A stretch of 31,261 nucleotides of DNA, from IMG/VR virus record IMGVR_UViG_3300021139_000078, positions 1 to 31,261 of that record. One strand, 5' to 3'. The stretch is from a virus. Its lineage: Duplodnaviria; Caudoviricetes. Made by a program: the position numbers and the translations under genes. The notes below the pieces were generated by a model. The model ran no database searches. It saw nothing but the letters and a program-made list of their open reading frames with translations, and had not been told where the DNA came from. Below are positions 24,810 through 31,261 of the stretch, piece by piece (position 1 is the stretch's first letter; each line of letters starts with the position of its first letter).

Positions 24810-24949
24810 CGTTTTTCTAATACCGGATGACGAGCAGCGTTTTCAATCGGTGCAGTTTTGAGTTCATTGATAATTGAATCGAGGTGTGCAAGACCTTTGT
24901 TCACGATGATTTCTCGTGCTGATTCCAAACCTTCTAAAAATAGTGACAT
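24806..24949 (-). CDS. small hypothetical protein (47 aa, not in ORF track)
   Basis: MSLFLEGLESAREIIVNKGLAHLDSIINELKTAPIENAARHPVLEKR; AGGGGGA SD; ATGA overlap with the glycosyltransferase. Confidence 0.7.
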   Translation of the reverse strand: MSLFLEGLESAREIIVNKGLAHLDSIINELKTAPIENAARHPVLEKR

Positions 24950-24977
24950 GAAATCCCCCTGTGGATTTTGTTAGTGC

Positions 24978-25019
24978 GCCGAAGCGCTGACCCCACCGAA
25001 ATGAGATCAGCGCCGCGAC
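24978..25019 (-). promoter_or_regulatory. long UUCG-capped hairpin after the capsid gene
   Basis: GCGCUGAUCUCAU-UUCG-GUGGGGUCAGCGC, 13 bp with G-U pairs; no U-tract. Confidence 0.6.
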
Positions 25020-25027
25020 TGTGGCTA

Positions 25028-26380
25028 TTAGTAGCCTGTTGGAGCGATTGCGCCGGTGCCTGAAATTGTTGACACTGACTTGTTGAAGCGGTGAGCGAGA
25101 GCTGAGTATCCGTAAACTTGGAAGCGAACGGTGAGGTTGCTTGAAAGTACATCTGGAAGAACGCGTGTCTTGACACCTGACTCGAAGAGGTAAGAATCTG
25201 AGAACTTACCGACGAGGATTGGTGACTGGTTGGTTCCAGCACCGTATGTCTTTGTCATTGTTGCATCGACATAAACAGGAACGCCTTGAATTGTTCCGAC
25301 GAGTCCAGCTGATGCACCAGCATTTGTGATGATGCCGTTAGCGTTGAACGCATTTGAACCACCAGCGGTTGGGACAACGAGTGGACGGTTTGAACCATCA
25401 ACCTGTGAAGCGAACCAGTACCAAGTAGATGGTGACATGATGATTGCTTCTGCTGCCTTGTAGCGGTTTGTGACTACCTTTGAAATTGCCTTAGCAATTG
25501 CAATTGCGCCGTTTACAGCTGATGGAGTTGTTTCAGTCCATGTTGTAGGAATGCCGTTGGTTGTATCAGCACCAAGAGTTACGAGACCCTTCAGTGTTCC
25601 TGATGTTCCATCGCCAGTTCCAAGAACTGCGGTGTTGAGTTGTAGCGCATAGTCAGACATGAGATCGCCGAATACGAGCTTGTCGAGTCCACCAGCAAGT
25701 GGGGATTGCTCAACGAGCTGAATTGATACATTCTCATAACCTGAAATGGTACGAACTGGAGCCACAACTGTATTTGTGACCAAGTCGCGTGTTGTTGTAG
25801 CAGCGTTATCTGCTGACTGGAATGCAGCCAATGTACCTGTTGTAATTTGAGGGACATTGATTGAGTCTGTTCCAGCTGGCATTGCCATACCGGTAACGAG
25901 GTCAGCGGTTACGCGAGCAGCACGAGCGAACTCTGCATAATCGTTGATCAAGTACAGTGGTGGAACCAAGTCACCAGCGGATGTTGAATCTGTTCGTGAA
26001 ACATCACGAGTTTCGATTGCAACTTCGCGTGAGTGGCGGTTCAAACGCTCCCATGATGATGAATCATTGCGGAGTTGTGCGCCGATCAAGTCACGAACGA
26101 ATGAATTCTTTCCATCACGATCGTAAGTCATTGCTTCGCGTGTAACAACACCGTTTCCGAATGTTGGTACGCCAGACTCTTTGCGAGCCTCTGCGATTGC
26201 TGCGGTGCGAGCTTCTACCTTTTCGGCAGTTGCGATGCGCTCATCAAGAGCAGAAATTTCATCCTGCTTTGCTGATGCTGCATCAAGAGCTTCTGCGGTA
26301 ACTTCTTCTGCTGCCAAAGTTGATTCAACCTCAGCGACAATTGCGTCACGCTGCTCCTTGAGTTTTGATGCTAGAGACAT
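25028..26380 (-). CDS. major capsid protein, HK97 fold with N-terminal delta/scaffold domain
   Basis: N-terminal coiled coil, GDLVPP, INVPQIT, VDGSNRPL, GTIQGVPVYVD, VGKFS. Confidence 0.93.
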   Translation of the reverse strand: MSLASKLKEQRDAIVAEVESTLAAEEVTAEALDAASAKQDEISALDERIATAEKVEARTAAIAEARKESGVPTFGNGVVTREAMTYDRDGKNSFVRDLIGAQLRNDSSSWERLNRHSREVAIETRDVSRTDSTSAGDLVPPLYLINDYAEFARAARVTADLVTGMAMPAGTDSINVPQITTGTLAAFQSADNAATTTRDLVTNTVVAPVRTISGYENVSIQLVEQSPLAGGLDKLVFGDLMSDYALQLNTAVLGTGDGTSGTLKGLVTLGADTTNGIPTTWTETTPSAVNGAIAIAKAISKVVTNRYKAAEAIIMSPSTWYWFASQVDGSNRPLVVPTAGGSNAFNANGIITNAGASAGLVGTIQGVPVYVDATMTKTYGAGTNQSPILVGKFSDSYLFESGVKTRVLPDVLSSNLTVRFQVYGYSALAHRFNKSVSTISGTGAIAPTGY

Positions 26381-26436
26381 GTGTGTCCCCTCTCATGGAT
26401 TAGATGTGGAACAAGCCGGGGCAAATGCGCCGGGTG

Positions 26437-27819
26437 TTATGCCTTGCTCTTGCGAGTCAAGGAATACTGTTTGAACTTGAGCTGCAATTTGCGCTTAGCA
26501 AGTTCGAGATCGATCTCTTGTGCATCGCGCATTCCCACTGATGTGGAGTCGTATGCCGGAAGAGTCACCACGGACACTTCATAGAGTCGATCGATATCTT
26601 CAATGGTGCGAAGTCCCGCTTCACGAGTTTGTCCATCAGGTGACACGGTGAATGCAAAACTCATCTTGTCCATGTCGCCACGACGAAGCGCGGATGATAA
26701 TTCCTGAGCTTTTGGATTGGCTGGATCGAGTGTTGCTTCCATATACAAGCCAGTGTCATCTTGACGAAGTTGCAAAGTTCCTGACTGGGTTGAAGCGAGT
26801 GGAATTCCTTCCATGTCATGATTGACGAGAAGGAACACGGGATCATTGGTTGCAAGTGCGCGTGTAAATGCACCGGGTGCAATCACTTCACGGAAGTTCA
26901 AACCAGTTGCTTCCGAGTTGAATGTGGCAGCGTAGCCGCCAATTTTGAGTGAGCCATCATCAGTTGCAACAGCTCGAACCTCTGAAATCATGGTGATGCG
27001 TTCAGCTTTTTCCATTGCTTTGCGATCTTCGATCATGTCGAGTTCCTCCGAACGGGGATGTGGAAGTGCAGAAATCAAAGTGAGGATGTCACTTCGTTGC
27101 ACATTGACGGTGTCGGTGGGAACCCACCCATTCCCCTGCTCTTTATAGATACGAATCTGAAATACCGGATGATCGGGAGTTGCTTCTAATGTGTAGCCTT
27201 CAGTGGAAGTTGCTTGTCCTTTAGTAATGACCTTTTCAACTTTTCCACGACCACGACCTGTTGATGTACCCCATGAGACGAATGAACCTTCACCGATTCG
27301 CGCAGCAGATGCACGATCTTCGGCAGTTTCATCAGCTGAATTCATTTCAACGGCTGGTGTTTCATCGCCATCGTCGGTTGATTCAGCAGCCTCTTCGTCA
27401 GGATCGCTCAGACCTAAGCCTTCGATCACGGAATCAAGAGATGCGTCAGCAGCTACGAGCAAGTAGTACGCCTGAGCAGCGACGGGATTGGAATCAATGA
27501 TTTGTTCGAGTAGTGATTGCGCTGCATCGATGGATGCGTCAGCAGCCATGACACTGTTTGCCATGCCGTAGGCATTCTCTCCATCAAGGGTGTCGCGGTT
27601 TTCAATCATGTGTGAACCTTCCTCAGATTTGAGCAATGCAGATTTTGCGCTCAACTGGTCGATGATTTTTTGCGCCCATTCACTTCCCCATTGAGAACGG
27701 ATTTGAATAACAGTCTCGAGATCGATGCTCTCTTGAGTGCGAACCTGAAGCGCAAGTGGTGTGTCATACCCTTGAGCGATATCTCGCACGGCGTTGGGAA
27801 TTCGAAATGTCTCAGCCAT
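26437..27819 (-). CDS. HK97-family prohead protease with long N-terminal extension
   Basis: IGGYAATFN, FREVIAPGAF, LLVNHD, MSFAF, LYEVSVVTLPAY. Confidence 0.92.
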   Translation of the reverse strand: MAETFRIPNAVRDIAQGYDTPLALQVRTQESIDLETVIQIRSQWGSEWAQKIIDQLSAKSALLKSEEGSHMIENRDTLDGENAYGMANSVMAADASIDAAQSLLEQIIDSNPVAAQAYYLLVAADASLDSVIEGLGLSDPDEEAAESTDDGDETPAVEMNSADETAEDRASAARIGEGSFVSWGTSTGRGRGKVEKVITKGQATSTEGYTLEATPDHPVFQIRIYKEQGNGWVPTDTVNVQRSDILTLISALPHPRSEELDMIEDRKAMEKAERITMISEVRAVATDDGSLKIGGYAATFNSEATGLNFREVIAPGAFTRALATNDPVFLLVNHDMEGIPLASTQSGTLQLRQDDTGLYMEATLDPANPKAQELSSALRRGDMDKMSFAFTVSPDGQTREAGLRTIEDIDRLYEVSVVTLPAYDSTSVGMRDAQEIDLELAKRKLQLKFKQYSLTRKSKA

Positions 27820-29048
27820 TATTCGAGCAGTCCCATCACTTTGCCGGATGTTTCGGTGTCCTCACCCAATGCAGGGAAAGCGCCACCAGCGAGTGCTGCA
27901 CCTTGGAATGCCTGATGGAATACATCTCCACCTTCGTATGGCTCCAAACCTTCTTGACGGCGTACTTCGTTCGGAGTCTGTGCGCCCAAAGCAACATTGA
28001 TCTTTGCAACATTGGCACGGGTGATCGCATCGAGTCGAAGCAATGATGAGGTGTCGAATACGACATCATCACCTTTGTCGAGAATCTGTGAGAATCCAAT
28101 TTCGATACGACGAAGCCATGGAGCAATGGTGTGAGTCAAATAATTCAATGATGCTTGCTCGACATTCATATATGTCTGATTGTCGCCCGATGCCAAAATC
28201 AAGTGGCTCGGAATACGAAACACTCGAGCAACATCTCGAACAAGTTGTTCACGAGTTTTAGTCATCTCAGCATCAGCAGCTGATGTGTTGATTGGCTTGA
28301 AAGTCAATCCATCAGATAGCACTGCTGGTCGTCGGTGACGACGATGAGTTGCTTCCCATGTTCCTTGAATGACTCGAGCTTGTTCAAGGTTCAATTTGCC
28401 GGGAGACTCGAGAACGCCTGACGGTGTTCCACCTTCGGCGTAAAACTGAGACAAGTGACGATCCATCGCAAGGGATAAGCCGATGAGATTGCGCGCCTGA
28501 TTGAGTGGTGAAATACCCACCAAAGATTGGGGAGGTGTGAACCATCGAAGGTGCATGATGTCCTCACGGTTCATCTCATTACCCAAATGCAAATAACGGC
28601 GACCTGCCATGTCGCCCGTTGGCAACACCTGCATTTGATAGGGATGAAGTGGGACAAGTGCAATCATGTTTCCACGCTTGTCACGATCGATCTTGACATA
28701 TGCATTTCCATGAAGCGCCATCGATGCCACGATCTGATGGATCAACTCATAGATGTTTGATTCAGGATCAGGATCGGCAATGACATCGGGCAATGGTTTG
28801 GAAACTCGAAAGCCATCTGAATTGATGGTGTAACAACGAAGAGTCATGGTTGCCACGGAATCGGCAAGTAATGACACGGCTGAAAGTACGGATGACACTC
28901 CAAGTGCCGTCCATTCATCAATTCGCTCACCCGCAGCTGAGGTCATGGATGTTTGACCATACAACTGGCTCAGTGGAGACACATAGTTGTTGAATTGTGG
29001 ATATCGTCCTGATGCTATCGTCTGAATTCCTCGACTGAAGATGCTCAC
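27819..29048 (-). CDS. portal protein, HK97 family
   Basis: LHGNAY, GISPL, GGTPSGVL, VARVFRIP.HL, TPNEVR..EGLEP..GGD. Confidence 0.95.
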   Translation of the reverse strand: MSIFSRGIQTIASGRYPQFNNYVSPLSQLYGQTSMTSAAGERIDEWTALGVSSVLSAVSLLADSVATMTLRCYTINSDGFRVSKPLPDVIADPDPESNIYELIHQIVASMALHGNAYVKIDRDKRGNMIALVPLHPYQMQVLPTGDMAGRRYLHLGNEMNREDIMHLRWFTPPQSLVGISPLNQARNLIGLSLAMDRHLSQFYAEGGTPSGVLESPGKLNLEQARVIQGTWEATHRRHRRPAVLSDGLTFKPINTSAADAEMTKTREQLVRDVARVFRIPSHLILASGDNQTYMNVEQASLNYLTHTIAPWLRRIEIGFSQILDKGDDVVFDTSSLLRLDAITRANVAKINVALGAQTPNEVRRQEGLEPYEGGDVFHQAFQGAALAGGAFPALGEDTETSGKVMGLLE

Positions 29049-29200
29049 TATTTATCTCCCAAATCTGCAAGAATCGAACCGACAAGAATCAAAACGCCAC
29101 TGCATATCAATGCAGCGCCTACGCCTAAGATGAAACCAACACCTGCTGAAATCATGGCTGCGCCGATGGCTTCACTTACTGTTGTGACCCAGTTACGCAT
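29048..29200 (-). CDS. small membrane protein between terL and portal
   Basis: ATG 29200 after GGAGG; two hydrophobic helices. Confidence 0.7.
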   Translation of the reverse strand: MRNWVTTVSEAIGAAMISAGVGFILGVGAALICSGVLILVGSILADLGDK

Positions 29201-30734
29201 CGGAAACCTCCATTGAAAACGGATCGAAAATTTGTGGCATTGAGCCACCTTCGGAATGCCACCAACTGGCTCGCTCTAACGCCATGACCGCGGAAACCGC
29301 TAAGTCAATACGGCGCTTTGAACCCTTTGCCTCTTTGGATAGGCGTGAACCTCGATTGTCAGTTCGAAGTTGTGCGTTGGCGATATGTCGTGCAAGTCGG
29401 GGATCATCATCATGGGTGATTTGTTTATTGACAACGGCTTCAAAGAATCGAGTTGTTGCTGGTGTCATTCGACTCGGTGTCTGCGGGAAGGTAACAACCG
29501 GCAAACCTTCATCTTCAAGAATTTGAAATGTTCGCGCCCATCGATAGGGATCGCACACAATTTCCAACACTTGAAACTTTTGAGCCGTCTCACGAATCTT
29601 TTCTTCGACTTCGAGAACGGGAACTTGCCAACTGGAATCTGCCTCATCCGGCTTTTCCCATACGGCAATTGGAAACACATGGGGATCACTTTCAACCGTC
29701 ACGGCGACGATCGCCGTACAGTCACCGTTGAACGATCCATCAAAGCCAATGACGATGTCAGTGCCGTCAGGAATTTCTCTCGGTTCACAACACGCATCCC
29801 ATGTTCCGTGTGGCAACCATGCGTCAATGGTTGATGACCAAATGTTTAGTCGTTTTGTTTTGAACTCAGCCTCTGGTGTTCGAAGTATTGCCGAAGCAAA
29901 ATCATCAGCAGCAACAATGTCACCGAAGCCAGGATTCGCTTCTTGCCACAACGCTTTGTCACGATAATCCCCTTCGTTGTTTGCTTCCCACCATGCAAAA
30001 AAGAATGTCGGATCATCAATCTCACCGAGTGCAATTTTTTTTCCATACTCATACAATGAAAAACACAATGAATCTTTTCCACTGTTGTCGGTTTTGACCC
30101 CCGCAGTGGTGATGGCAACAAGCATCGGTTCGATACGAGCGCCCATCGCTAGGGACATCACATCAAACAACTCTCGATTGGGTTGTGCGTGAAGCTCATC
30201 GAAGCACACCAATGTCGGGTTCAAACCCTCTTTGGAAAATGCGTCGGATGAAAGTGCGCGATAGACCGATCCTGTTTTGGGATTGTGAATCGTGTCTTTG
30301 TACACCGTCAACATTTCTGACAATTCAGGATGAAGTCGAACCATTTCTTTTGCTGTGTTGAAAACAATTTTGGCTTGCTCTTTTTCAGCAGCGCAGGAAT
30401 AAATCTCGCCACCTTGAGCGCCTAACACCAACGATTCAAGTGCGACGGCTGACAACCATGCAGACTTGCCATTCTTTCGCGGCAACCCGACGAGGGCAAC
30501 GCGATGACGGAAAGTGTTGTTTGCTTTGACGGCGAAAAGTTGTTTAGTCAATTCGCGTTGCCATGGTCGAAACACGAGATCATCGCCCGCATGTCCAGCA
30601 ACGGAATCTTTTGTAATTTTGCATAGAGCTTCAGCAAAGTCGGCAATGTCATCGCCACGAGATCGCTTCAAGTCAGCAACAGGAACTTTCGTCAACCATT
30701 TCGGTGGAAACCCATCGATCTTTTTCGTTGACAT
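29193..30734 (-). CDS. terL: terminase large subunit
   Basis: Walker A PRKNGKS, Walker B VCFDELH, ITTAG, nuclease GFDGS and RIDLAV. Confidence 0.96.
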   Translation of the reverse strand: MSTKKIDGFPPKWLTKVPVADLKRSRGDDIADFAEALCKITKDSVAGHAGDDLVFRPWQRELTKQLFAVKANNTFRHRVALVGLPRKNGKSAWLSAVALESLVLGAQGGEIYSCAAEKEQAKIVFNTAKEMVRLHPELSEMLTVYKDTIHNPKTGSVYRALSSDAFSKEGLNPTLVCFDELHAQPNRELFDVMSLAMGARIEPMLVAITTAGVKTDNSGKDSLCFSLYEYGKKIALGEIDDPTFFFAWWEANNEGDYRDKALWQEANPGFGDIVAADDFASAILRTPEAEFKTKRLNIWSSTIDAWLPHGTWDACCEPREIPDGTDIVIGFDGSFNGDCTAIVAVTVESDPHVFPIAVWEKPDEADSSWQVPVLEVEEKIRETAQKFQVLEIVCDPYRWARTFQILEDEGLPVVTFPQTPSRMTPATTRFFEAVVNKQITHDDDPRLARHIANAQLRTDNRGSRLSKEAKGSKRRIDLAVSAVMALERASWWHSEGGSMPQIFDPFSMEVSDA

Positions 30735-30751
30735 CAAGCCCCCCGGCTAAT

Positions 30752-31204
30752 TCATTGAGATCGCGCCTCTCGTTTTGCGAGAAGTTTGTCGATGGCACTG
30801 ATTGCTTTGACTTCGGCAACACCGAGTCGTGAACGACTGGTGGGATCAAAGCCCAGTGTGGAAAGTGAATCGACGAATGCTTTGTTGATTTGAACCATGA
30901 CTCGTCCATCAGCTGATTCCAAAGTTGCTCGGTATTTGTTGCGAGCATGAGCAAGGTCATCGGCGAGACGAGCTGCATTTTCGATAGCGTGAAAGTCGCT
31001 CGCCGGTGACAACCAGTTGATGGCATGTCCCCATGCTGCGTTCCATAACGCCGTGCCGTCGTTTCCAAGTCCAGCGGGTGGTTCGGGAATTCGATCTGAC
31101 ATTGGCAAGGAATGAACCACGCTCAATTCAGGGAGTTTGCGTCTGCCGGGATTGCCGGTAAGCCGTTTGAGTTCGGCTGGTTTAGGTGGACGACCGTTCG
31201 CCAT
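30752..31204 (-). CDS. terS: terminase small subunit (P27-like)
   Basis: GRPPKP..LK.L.GNPG.R and LGFDPTSRSRL. Confidence 0.9.
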   Translation of the reverse strand: MANGRPPKPAELKRLTGNPGRRKLPELSVVHSLPMSDRIPEPPAGLGNDGTALWNAAWGHAINWLSPASDFHAIENAARLADDLAHARNKYRATLESADGRVMVQINKAFVDSLSTLGFDPTSRSRLGVAEVKAISAIDKLLAKREARSQ

Positions 31205-31261
31205 TGCGTAAGTTCCAATCTGAAACCCGAGTTCGAAGTTTCGCGCATGCGGAAAAAAAAC

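Noticed and set aside
30673-31068. 131-aa ORF overlapping terS/terL, and the many plus-strand ORFs across both operons
   Set aside because: Alternate-frame or antisense overlaps of well-supported genes, with no motifs

Overview
This looks like an essentially complete ~31.3 kb genome of a small siphovirus of Actinobacteria (WhiB, actinophage-type resolvase and Cas4-like nuclease, moderate GC, G-rich Shine-Dalgarno sites). It is shown reverse-complemented and opened between the HNH gene and terS, the expected cos position. The minus strand carries an early/replication operon (about 8440 to 1150) and a late operon that starts near 1140, crosses the joined ends, and runs through packaging, head, an appendage/glycosyltransferase module, tail and lysis genes to a terminator at about 10060-10090. 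Only a tyrosine recombinase and a HIRAN-like gene are on the plus strand. No CI/Cro-like repressor is recognisable. The most striking signal is a candidate RNA-based switch. (1) A tRNA-shaped RNA (4811-4876) has an enlarged loop complementary to the integrase SD and start codon. (2) The integrase 5' leader folds into a hairpin whose GCCCCCA loop is complementary to the SDs of the first early genes. (3) The early leader has a P4 seqA/B/C-like self-complementary layout. All product calls come from motif reading, not database searches.
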